A DNA stretch of 25,873 bases from a virus (Duplodnaviria; Caudoviricetes): positions 1-25,873 of IMG/VR virus record IMGVR_UViG_3300043395_001372. One strand, given 5' to 3'. The notes under the pieces were generated by a model that searched no databases, was not told the origin of the DNA, and was given only the letters and a program-made list of their open reading frames with translations. The position numbers and the translations under genes are program-made. Below, in pieces: positions 8,001 through 15,773 of the stretch (its first letter is position 1; every line of letters begins with the position of its first letter).

Positions 8001-8447
8001 ATGGCAAAAATATCAATACCTAATCTAAAGACAAAGTTTGAGACTGGGGATCGCCCCACGCAACAAGATTATGAGGATTTAATTGATTCAGCCTCAGCCC
8101 GTTCAACCGACCTTGGTTCAATGGGTAATAATGAAAATACAATTACGGGTATTGAAAATGCCACAGTAATTGATAACTTTGACGCCACAGAATGGCGTAT
8201 GGTTAAGTATATTGTTTCTATCGCAAAAGTAACTGCGGGAGATAATAAATTCTATGCAACAGAGTTGACCATCTTGGTAGACGGCACAAATGTGAATGTC
8301 TCTGAGTATGGCACAATAGACAATGATGGGAATATTGGCACCGTTAGCGTCTCCAGGGTTGGAAATACAGTATCCTTAACGGTTACTCCAGATCCTGCGA
8401 TTAAGCCAGTCACAGTTCGTTATGCACGAATTGGACTTAAGGCATAA
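8001..8447 (+). CDS. virion structural protein
   Basis: N-terminal LKTKFETGDRPTQQDYEDLIDS motif; C-terminal domain paralogous to that of 8464..10077; TATAAT at 7989-7994, 6 nt upstream. Confidence 0.7.
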   Translation: MAKISIPNLKTKFETGDRPTQQDYEDLIDSASARSTDLGSMGNNENTITGIENATVIDNFDATEWRMVKYIVSIAKVTAGDNKFYATELTILVDGTNVNVSEYGTIDNDGNIGTVSVSRVGNTVSLTVTPDPAIKPVTVRYARIGLKA

Positions 8448-8463
8448 ACAAGGAGATAAATAA

Positions 8464-10077
8464 ATGGCAACAGTAAACAAAGACTTTAAAGTAAAGAATG
8501 GTCTCATCGTTGAAGGCACAACAGCCACAGTTAACAACTATGACATTCTTACAAAGAAGACAGACGATCAAAACTATATCGTCAATTTAATTGGTGGTAC
8601 AGCCACCTCAGCAAACGAAGCAAACAAGGTTGTAAAGCGTGATGGCTCAGGCAACTTTGCTGCAGGAGTAATAACAGCAGACCTCGTTGGTGATGTAACT
8701 GGTAATGCAGATACAGCAACAGCACTTGAGACTTCTCGCACAATTGAACTTACTGGTGATGTAACTGGTCAAGTTAATTTTAATGGTACACAAAATGTAC
8801 AAATTTCTACAACATTAAATGGATCTTTTGCAACAGATGCAGAGGTTGCAACAGCAAAGTCTGAAGCAATTTCAGCAGCATCATCAGATGCAACTACAAA
8901 GGCAAATGCGGCTCAAGCAGCAGCAGAACTTACAGCATCAAATGCTCTTTCTTCAGCAGTAACAACTCTTGAAGGACAGATTGCAGACGCAGAAACAGAC
9001 GCAAATACTTACACAGACAATGCTATTACAGCACTTAATCTCGCTGGCACATATGATGCACTTGGTGCAGCAGCAGATGCTCTTGCAGATGCAAATACAT
9101 ACACAGATGGTAAAGTTTCAGCGCTTGTAGATTCAGCACCAGAATTACTTAATACTCTTAATGAGTTAGCAGCAGCAATTGCTGATAATCCAAACTATGC
9201 AACAGATGTTGCTAACTTGGTTGCAACAAAGGCTGATACTACTTATGTAGACGGAGAAATTTCAGCAGTAGATACAGCAGCACAAGGCTATGCTTCAACA
9301 GCACAGTCAAATGCACAATCATTTGCTACAACTGCAGCAAACAATGCTCAGTCTGCAGCAGAAGATTATGCTGATGGACTTGCAATCAATTATGATTCAG
9401 CAGGTTCTGCAGCAGCAGCACAGACAGCAGCACAGTTATATGCTGATGGTCTTGATGATGCAACAAATACTCGTATTGATAACCTTACAACATCAAATGT
9501 TGCAGAAGGTACAAACCTTTATTACACTGATGCTCGTGCAAAGGCAGAAGCAGCAACGCTTCTTGCAAATGCAACAAAGACTAACATTGTAATTACAAAA
9601 GATGGATCAAATAATCTTACAATTACCGCAGAAAACGGTGTTGCAGATTCTGACACAGATGACCTTGCAGAAGGAACAAACCATCTTTACTTCACAAATG
9701 CTCGTGCAGTAGATGCTCTTGAAGCAGTTGTTCCTAACTTTACAGCAGTTGAACTTAATTCAATTGCAAAGCAGGTAGCAGCAACCGCTTCTATCGCTAC
9801 AGCAAGCACAAACAACGCAATTTCATGGTTGAAGGCAGACTATCGTTCTGCTGAATTCCTTGTTAAGATTGCTAATGGATCTCATACAGATGTATCCAAG
9901 GTTATCTTGACACTTGACACTTCAGATAATGTCGCTATTACAGAATACGCAATGGTTGGAACAAACGGTTCTCTTGGATCAGTTTCAGCAGATGTTTCTG
10001 GCAATGATGTTCGTCTTCGTGTCACTACCGCCAACAACAACTCAACAGTTGCTGTTATCGGAACACTTTTAGCATAA
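8464..10077 (+). CDS. long fibre protein with Ala-rich coiled coil
   Basis: SD AAGGAG. Fibre motifs VVKRDGSGNFAAG, ATALETSRTIELTGDVTG, LVDSAPELLNTLNELAAAI and AEGTNLYYTDAR. Confidence 0.8.
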   Translation: MATVNKDFKVKNGLIVEGTTATVNNYDILTKKTDDQNYIVNLIGGTATSANEANKVVKRDGSGNFAAGVITADLVGDVTGNADTATALETSRTIELTGDVTGQVNFNGTQNVQISTTLNGSFATDAEVATAKSEAISAASSDATTKANAAQAAAELTASNALSSAVTTLEGQIADAETDANTYTDNAITALNLAGTYDALGAAADALADANTYTDGKVSALVDSAPELLNTLNELAAAIADNPNYATDVANLVATKADTTYVDGEISAVDTAAQGYASTAQSNAQSFATTAANNAQSAAEDYADGLAINYDSAGSAAAAQTAAQLYADGLDDATNTRIDNLTTSNVAEGTNLYYTDARAKAEAATLLANATKTNIVITKDGSNNLTITAENGVADSDTDDLAEGTNHLYFTNARAVDALEAVVPNFTAVELNSIAKQVAATASIATASTNNAISWLKADYRSAEFLVKIANGSHTDVSKVILTLDTSDNVAITEYAMVGTNGSLGSVSADVSGNDVRLRVTTANNNSTVAVIGTLLA

Positions 10078-10106
10078 AAAATAAATAAAAAGAGGGAGTG
10101 GTAATC

Positions 10107-10562
10107 TTGGCAACAGTCAACAAAGACTTCAAGGTTAAAAATGGACTTATCGTCACTGGTGGCGGTGAGTTTGGCGGAGCGGTAGTTGTAGGAGAACCTA
10201 CATTATCTACCCATGCTGCTACTAAATCATATGTTGATTCAGTAATAGGTGGCATGACAGTTGGAGGTACCGCTCCCTCTACACCAGATAATGGTGATCT
10301 ATGGTTTGATACATTAACAGAAAGAGTTAATGTTCATTATAATGGTTCTTGGCTAACAATCGCAACAATAGACGATACTCAGAGTCTTCCACAACATATT
10401 CACGATACAGCAATCGATGGTACTGGTTTTATAGTATCTCAATTTTATGAAGGCGGAAGTTTTAATAGCCCACAAGGAGCAGGTTTAGATGCTGGAGGTC
10501 CAACTACAAATCAGTGGACTCTTGTATTTGATGGAGGAAGTGCTATTGATAATTTCAACTAA
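10107..10562 (+). CDS. short fibre-associated protein
   Basis: Start revised to TTG 10107 (SD GAGGGAG at 10092-10098), giving the same N-terminus as 8464 (MATVNKDFKVKNGLIV). HAATKSYVD and APSTPDNGDLWFD motifs. Confidence 0.7.
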   Translation: MATVNKDFKVKNGLIVTGGGEFGGAVVVGEPTLSTHAATKSYVDSVIGGMTVGGTAPSTPDNGDLWFDTLTERVNVHYNGSWLTIATIDDTQSLPQHIHDTAIDGTGFIVSQFYEGGSFNSPQGAGLDAGGPTTNQWTLVFDGGSAIDNFN

Positions 10563-10569
10563 AAATTGA

Positions 10570-10578
10570 TGTTATAAT
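10570..10578 (+). promoter_or_regulatory. extended -10 promoter (TGTTATAAT)
   Basis: Intergenic, upstream of SD AAGGAG and ATG 10626. Confidence 0.6.
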
Positions 10579-10625
10579 TAGCACAGAAATAAACTGGTAG
10601 AAATACCATAAGGAGAGAATAAAAT

Positions 10626-12944
10626 ATGGCAACAAGAATGCAACAACGCAGAGGAACCGCAGCACAATGGACTGCAGCGAATCCAACTTTAGCAGCAGGA
10701 GAAATCGGATTTGAAACCGATACCAACCAGTTCAAAATTGGAAACGGGTCTTCGGCATGGTCTGCCCTCTCCTATTTTAAAAATTTAGATGGCCTTGATG
10801 GCGTAGGTGGAATAGTAACCCTAAACGCACAAGGTATGATCGATATAGCATTAATCCCACAAGGCGTGGCATTAGATGCAGAGTTAACTCAATATATTGA
10901 AGATCATAATAATGAGACAACAGGTGTTCATGGAATTTCTAATACAGCAAATCTTGTATATCAAACAGACCTAACAACTACGGTAAATGACGCAATTTCA
11001 TTAGAAGTAAATAATAGAAACGATGCAATTTCTGATGCTATTGGACAAGAAGTAACAAACCGTAACACTGCAATTGATGATGCTATTGCATTAGAAGTAA
11101 CAGAGCGCAATACTGCAATTAATGATGCTATTGCCCTAGAAGTCTCTGCTAGAGATGTGGCTATTGATGATGCTATTGCTCAAGAAGTAACAGATAGAAA
11201 TAATGCAATAGGAAATGAGATTGCAGCAGAAGTTTCTGATAGAAATCAGGCTATTGATGATGCTATTGCTCAAGAAGTAACAGATAGAAATAATGCAATA
11301 GGCACAGAAATTGGTACACATAATTCTGACACAACTGGTGTTCATGGAATTACAGATACAGCAGCACTTGCAACAAAAACATATGCAGACAATGCAGCAT
11401 CAGCAGTAGGATCTTCTGCTTCAGCAAATCTAACTGCTCATACTACAGCAACAACAAGCGTACATGGTATTGCTGATACAGCAGCACTTGCAACAAAAAC
11501 ATATGCAGATGGAGCAGTTTCGACAGCAGTTGCAGCATTGACAAAGTCTTCCGTAGGACTTGGAAATGTTGATAATACATCTGATGCAAATAAGCCAATA
11601 TCAACTGCAACACAGTCTGCACTTGATCTAAAGGCACCGCTTGCTTCTCCAACATTTACTGGCACAGTATCTGGAGTTACAAAAGCAATGGTTGGACTTG
11701 GTAATGCAGACAATACTTCCGATGCTAATAAGCCAGTTTCAACTGCTACACAAACAGCACTTGATCTTAAGGCTCCTCTTGCAGGACCTACCTTTACAGG
11801 AACTGTTACTCTTCCATCAACAACATCAATTGGAAATGTTTCAGCAACTGAACTTGGATATGTTGACGGTGTAACCTCAGCAATTCAAACACAATTAGAT
11901 TCTAAGTTAGCACTTGCTGGCGGAACAATGACAGGAGCCTTGACACTTTCGGGCGCACCATCAGCAGATTTACATGCAGCAACTAAGGCATATGTAGATA
12001 ATGTAACTGCAGGAATTAACTTCCATCAGCCAGTTCGTGTTGCTACAACAGCAAATATTACATTAAGCGGAACACAAACAATTGATGGAGTTTCTTTATC
12101 TGTTGGTGATCGTGTTCTTGTTAAGGATCAAACAACTCAAACACAAAATGGTATTTATGTAGTTGCTTCAGGTTCATGGACAAGAGCAACAGATGCAGAC
12201 AATACTCCAGACGGAGAGTTAAAGGGTGGAGATTTCACTCTAGTACTTGAAGGTACTGTTAACTCAGGATACGGATACGTTTGCTCTAACACATCAGCAA
12301 TTACAATTGGAACAACAAATGTTACCTACGCAGCATTTAATGCTGCTAAAGCAATAACAGCAGGTTCAGGTCTTACAGAATCAACACCAGGAACAATTGA
12401 AATTGCAACTGGTGGAGTTACATCAGCAATGATTGCAGATGGAACTATCGTAAATGCAGATATTAATGCGTCTGCAGCAATTGATCAATCCAAGATTTCT
12501 GGACTTTCAGCATCATTTGCTGCTAAAGCAGATCTTGCATCACCAACCTTCACTGGAACCGTAACTCTTCCAGCAGCAGGTATCGTATTTTCAGACGGCA
12601 CACAGTCTAAAGAAGGCGTTCCTTCAAGAACGCCAATTATTCAAAAGTCCGCAGCATATACACTATCTGCACTTTCTGAAAGAGACTCTATGATTGAAGT
12701 TTCACACACTGGCGGAACTGCTGTAGATATTACAATTCCAGCAAACTCCTCAGTTGCATATCCAGTAGGAACATCTATTGATGTTCTTCGTACAAATACT
12801 GGTGGAGTAAGAATTGTCGGAGCAGCAGGAGTAACAGTAAATGGTACACCTGGTGCATATTTAAGAGCACAATGGTCTGCAGCAACCTTATTTAAGAGAG
12901 CAACAGATACTTGGGTCTTGATAGGCGACCTCGCTACGGCGTAA
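10626..12944 (+). CDS. long fibre protein with Mtd-N-like N-terminus and C-terminal 'TDTWVLxGDL' domain (cassette 2, first gene)
   Basis: RRGTAAQWTAANPTLAAGEIGFETDT..FKIGNG is the major-tropism-determinant N-terminal pattern. Also 15-aa repeats, 3 x H...TTxVHGI, 2 x VGLGNxDNTSDANKP and GDRVLVKDQT...NGIYV. Confidence 0.85.
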   Translation: MATRMQQRRGTAAQWTAANPTLAAGEIGFETDTNQFKIGNGSSAWSALSYFKNLDGLDGVGGIVTLNAQGMIDIALIPQGVALDAELTQYIEDHNNETTGVHGISNTANLVYQTDLTTTVNDAISLEVNNRNDAISDAIGQEVTNRNTAIDDAIALEVTERNTAINDAIALEVSARDVAIDDAIAQEVTDRNNAIGNEIAAEVSDRNQAIDDAIAQEVTDRNNAIGTEIGTHNSDTTGVHGITDTAALATKTYADNAASAVGSSASANLTAHTTATTSVHGIADTAALATKTYADGAVSTAVAALTKSSVGLGNVDNTSDANKPISTATQSALDLKAPLASPTFTGTVSGVTKAMVGLGNADNTSDANKPVSTATQTALDLKAPLAGPTFTGTVTLPSTTSIGNVSATELGYVDGVTSAIQTQLDSKLALAGGTMTGALTLSGAPSADLHAATKAYVDNVTAGINFHQPVRVATTANITLSGTQTIDGVSLSVGDRVLVKDQTTQTQNGIYVVASGSWTRATDADNTPDGELKGGDFTLVLEGTVNSGYGYVCSNTSAITIGTTNVTYAAFNAAKAITAGSGLTESTPGTIEIATGGVTSAMIADGTIVNADINASAAIDQSKISGLSASFAAKADLASPTFTGTVTLPAAGIVFSDGTQSKEGVPSRTPIIQKSAAYTLSALSERDSMIEVSHTGGTAVDITIPANSSVAYPVGTSIDVLRTNTGGVRIVGAAGVTVNGTPGAYLRAQWSAATLFKRATDTWVLIGDLATA
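10980..11315 (+). repeat. 45-bp (15-aa) tandem coding repeat, about 7.5 copies of AIxDAIAxEVTxRNx
   Basis: Read from the translation; includes an exact 54-bp duplication at 11159-11212 and 11249-11302. Confidence 0.9.
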
Positions 12945-12975
12945 TAGAAATTACAAATAAAAGGAGTAGATAGTA

Positions 12976-14184
12976 ATGGCAGGTAAACTTGGAAGAAAAG
13001 CAGGTCAGCAATCATGGCCTAATGATGTAACAATTACCACTGCAACAGACGTTGGTACGAATCGTCCATATGCTGCCTCAGCAGCATCAACAGAGGCAGG
13101 AGCCTCTGGTGTTGGAGGATCTGTAAGTCTTGCATGGTCTTTACCAGCAGGATCAGCAGAAGCATCATCTTATACCATTACTACTACTCCTTCTACTTAT
13201 TCAAAAACGGTATCTGGAACAAGCACTACATTTGAAGGACTTGCATCTAATACAGCATATACATTTACAATTAAAGCAAATAATAGTGTAGGCTCTTCTG
13301 CAGGAACAACATCTTCTTCAGTAACTGCTACTACAGTTCCTCAAGCACCAACACTTTCATCTGCAACAGATGTTGGAACAAATAGACCCTATAACAATGG
13401 ATCTGTTTCTGTTGCATTTACTGCCAACGCTACTGGTGGAAAATCAATAACAAGTTATACAGTATCTGGTGGAGGATATTCTGCTTCTGGAGCAACTTCC
13501 CCATTGGCTCCAACAGGATACGCTACTGGTGCAACTCCAACGTTTACAGTCACTGCTACAAATGGAAATGGTACTTCATTAGCATCTTCTGCTTCTAGTG
13601 CTGTTACAGTAACAACTGTTCCAGATACACCAGCAGCACCAACAGTATCATCTCCAACGCCTTCTGCTGGAGTTAACGTTGCTGGAACTACAACAGACAG
13701 CGTATCTTGGTCTGCACCAGCAAATGGTGGAAAGGCTATTAGTCAATATACCTGGACATCTTCGGACTCAAAGTCTGGAACAACAGCAGGAACATCGGTT
13801 TCTGTAAATCAAGAAGGTGGAACTGCTCAAACTTATCAGGTTCGTGCAGAAAATGCTAATGGTGCTGGAAATTATTCTTCTGCATCTTCTAGCGTTACAA
13901 CATTCCAATTTACTCCATTCTCGGTCTTCGGATTCTCACCATTCGGTGTATTTTCCTTCGCACCATTCTCGGTCTTCGGCTTCTCACCATTCGGTGTATT
14001 TTCCTTCGCACCATTCTCGGTCTTCGGCTTCTCACCATTCGGTGTGTTTGGCTTCTCACCATTCGGTGTCTTCGGCTTCTCACCATTCGGTGTCTTCGGC
14101 TTCTCACCATTCGGTGTGTTTGGCTTCTCACCATTCAGCGTGTTCGGCTTCTCACCAGCGTTTAACTTTGCTCCTTGGGGCTAA
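12976..14184 (+). CDS. fibronectin type III (x3) protein with Phe-rich octapeptide repeats, ending FNFAPWG
   Basis: VSLAWSLP...YTI...GLASNTAYTFTIKANNSVGSS plus two further FN3-like units; Ser/Thr-rich; SD AAGGAG. Confidence 0.85.
   Translation: MAGKLGRKAGQQSWPNDVTITTATDVGTNRPYAASAASTEAGASGVGGSVSLAWSLPAGSAEASSYTITTTPSTYSKTVSGTSTTFEGLASNTAYTFTIKANNSVGSSAGTTSSSVTATTVPQAPTLSSATDVGTNRPYNNGSVSVAFTANATGGKSITSYTVSGGGYSASGATSPLAPTGYATGATPTFTVTATNGNGTSLASSASSAVTVTTVPDTPAAPTVSSPTPSAGVNVAGTTTDSVSWSAPANGGKAISQYTWTSSDSKSGTTAGTSVSVNQEGGTAQTYQVRAENANGAGNYSSASSSVTTFQFTPFSVFGFSPFGVFSFAPFSVFGFSPFGVFSFAPFSVFGFSPFGVFGFSPFGVFGFSPFGVFGFSPFGVFGFSPFSVFGFSPAFNFAPWG
13918..14157 (+). repeat. 24-bp tandem coding repeat, 10 x F(G/S)VF(G/S)F(S/A)P
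   Basis: Unit ttcggtgtcttcggcttctcacca; 240 bp, exactly 10 units. Confidence 0.95.
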
Positions 14185-14188
14185 AACA

Positions 14189-14197
14189 TGGTATACT
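14189..14197 (+). promoter_or_regulatory. extended -10 promoter (TGGTATACT)
   Basis: Lies 4 nt after the stop at 14184, upstream of the oxygenase pair. Confidence 0.55.
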
Positions 14198-14226
14198 GTA
14201 GTAATACAGTAGAAGGGTAAAATAAA

Positions 14227-14886
14227 ATGCAAAATCAAGGAATGAGTCCAACTGCAAAATTTGGAACTAAGCCACATAAATTTTTTGAAAGACATTTAAA
14301 TAATGATCTTAATAAATTGTCTAATTTTTTATCTGATAGATATGAAAAAATAGAAAGAGCCGAAATAGATGGTGTAACTCCTTTGGGTTCTGCAGGACAC
14401 GAATATTGGGTAAAATCTGGAAGTACTTCCACAGTAAAATGGAGAGAGTACAATGTTTTTCAATTTCATAGTGAAGAAATATATAATGTTTTTAAAGGTG
14501 TTAAAGATGCAACAAAAGAGGCATGTGAATATTATGATATTGACTTTGATGCACAAAACTTTATGGTTCAGGGATGGTTTAATATAACTCATAAGGGTAA
14601 AGGCAAATTAGATTGGCATGATCATGGTCAACCAGGAGCACCAAATTTTCACGGGTATTATAGTGTTAAAGCAGAGCCTTCTACAACACATTATCATGTG
14701 TATGGAGAAGTGGTAGATCATCATAATATTGATAATAAATTAATTGTTTCTGAAATGGGTCATCAGCATGCTATGGCAGATTGGGATTGGGAAGGTCCAA
14801 GAATAACAATCGCTTACGACATTATTCCATTGGAATATTTAATTAGGGCAAATGCTGCCGAACAGCATTGGATCCCATTGTTATGA
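14227..14886 (+). CDS. putative Fe(II)/2OG-dependent oxygenase (DSBH fold, HxH type), paralog A
   Basis: GWFN...WHDH...FHGYYSV...GHQH...PRITIAYD fits the W.N / HxH / GYY / distal His / R-x-(S/T) layout. Confidence 0.7.
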   Translation: MQNQGMSPTAKFGTKPHKFFERHLNNDLNKLSNFLSDRYEKIERAEIDGVTPLGSAGHEYWVKSGSTSTVKWREYNVFQFHSEEIYNVFKGVKDATKEACEYYDIDFDAQNFMVQGWFNITHKGKGKLDWHDHGQPGAPNFHGYYSVKAEPSTTHYHVYGEVVDHHNIDNKLIVSEMGHQHAMADWDWEGPRITIAYDIIPLEYLIRANAAEQHWIPLL

Positions 14887-15560
14887 TAGCAATGAAGCCA
14901 CCACATAAATTTTTTGAATCATTTATTGATAATGATTTAGATTTTTTATTTGACTATTTAGTAGAAAAACAATCGGAATTACTTTCTGGTTCTTTAGCAC
15001 CTATTCCAGAAGATGTTTTATCAAAGTATAACAAAGATAATGGACCAACAACACAATTAGGAAACTATTATAATATTTTTAATTTTGAAAATAATGAAAT
15101 TAAAAATTTAAAAATATCTTTATCTAATTTAACTAAAGAAGCATGTGAGTATTATAATTTTAATTATGAAGAACTGGACTTTATGATTCACGGCTGGTAT
15201 AATTTAGATTATAAAACTTATGGAAGTTGGGACGAAAAAAAACAAAAAATAATGGCTGTAAATGGTGGAGTTAGTCCAATAAATAATGCCCATTCATTTC
15301 ATGATCATGCAGAGGGCACAGGAGCACCAATCTTTCATGGTTATTATTGTGTTAACGCTGAACCATCTATAACATTTTATAAAATAAATAAACAAGTGTT
15401 ATTTGAAAATCACAATAAAAACAATAGAGCAATAGTATCAGAAACAGGACACCCACACGGTAGAGATGATTGGTATGAGGACAAGCCAAGAATTACAATT
15501 GCTTATGATATTGCTCCAAAAGATTCTCACGTAGTAACAGAGTTATGGACAAAATTATGA
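14883..15560 (+). CDS. putative Fe(II)/2OG-dependent oxygenase, paralog B
   Basis: Start revised to ATG 14883 (ATGA overlap). Shares PHKFFE, EACEYY, GW.N, HDH, GAP.FHGYY.V.AEPS, VSE.GH.H and PRITIAYDI.P with paralog A. Confidence 0.7.
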   Translation: MIAMKPPHKFFESFIDNDLDFLFDYLVEKQSELLSGSLAPIPEDVLSKYNKDNGPTTQLGNYYNIFNFENNEIKNLKISLSNLTKEACEYYNFNYEELDFMIHGWYNLDYKTYGSWDEKKQKIMAVNGGVSPINNAHSFHDHAEGTGAPIFHGYYCVNAEPSITFYKINKQVLFENHNKNNRAIVSETGHPHGRDDWYEDKPRITIAYDIAPKDSHVVTELWTKL

Positions 15561-15685
15561 AAAAGATAATTTGTTTTTTTAAAGGACATAACATGCAAAC
15601 ATCTGAATGCCCAGTTACTGGTGCAAAACTAAATATATGTCTAAGATGTTTTCCACAAAATCATTCAAGAGTAACTTTTAAATAA
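15557..15685 (+). CDS. 42-aa Cys/His-rich protein, putative Zn-binding
   Basis: Not in the ORF track. MKKIICFFKGHNMQTSECPVTGAKLNICLRCFPQNHSRVTFK; ATGA overlap with the previous stop. Confidence 0.7.
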   Translation: MKKIICFFKGHNMQTSECPVTGAKLNICLRCFPQNHSRVTFK

Positions 15686-15708
15686 CTATAACCCTCAATA
15701 ATAGCATA

Positions 15709-15741
15709 AGAGTTTTATAAAACTAAAAACTCTGGTATACT
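15709..15741 (+). promoter_or_regulatory. palindrome / inverted repeat plus extended -10 (TGGTATACT, 15733-15741) upstream of nrdJ
   Basis: AGTTTTATAAAACT at 15711-15724 is a perfect palindrome; AGAGTTTT/AAAACTCT arms at 15709-15716 and 15726-15733. Confidence 0.5.
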
Positions 15742-15773
15742 TAAATAATTACAGTTTCTTAAGGAGAATAACA

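Noticed and set aside
10626-12944. Diversity-generating retroelement suggested by the Mtd-N-like domain
   Set aside because: No reverse transcriptase and no template/variable repeat pair differing at adenines was seen in the window.
13918-14157. 24-bp repeats as a CRISPR array
   Set aside because: The units are contiguous with no unique spacers, keep the reading frame, vary at codon level, and no cas genes are present.
13817-14212. His/Ser-rich ORF 13817..14212(+) and Arg-rich ORF 13910..14134(-)
   Set aside because: Other frames of the same repeat. The Phe frame is the one conserved between the two loci, while the alternative frames differ.
15649-15657. Isolated TTTTCCACA DnaA-box match
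   Set aside because: A single copy inside a coding region, expected by chance.
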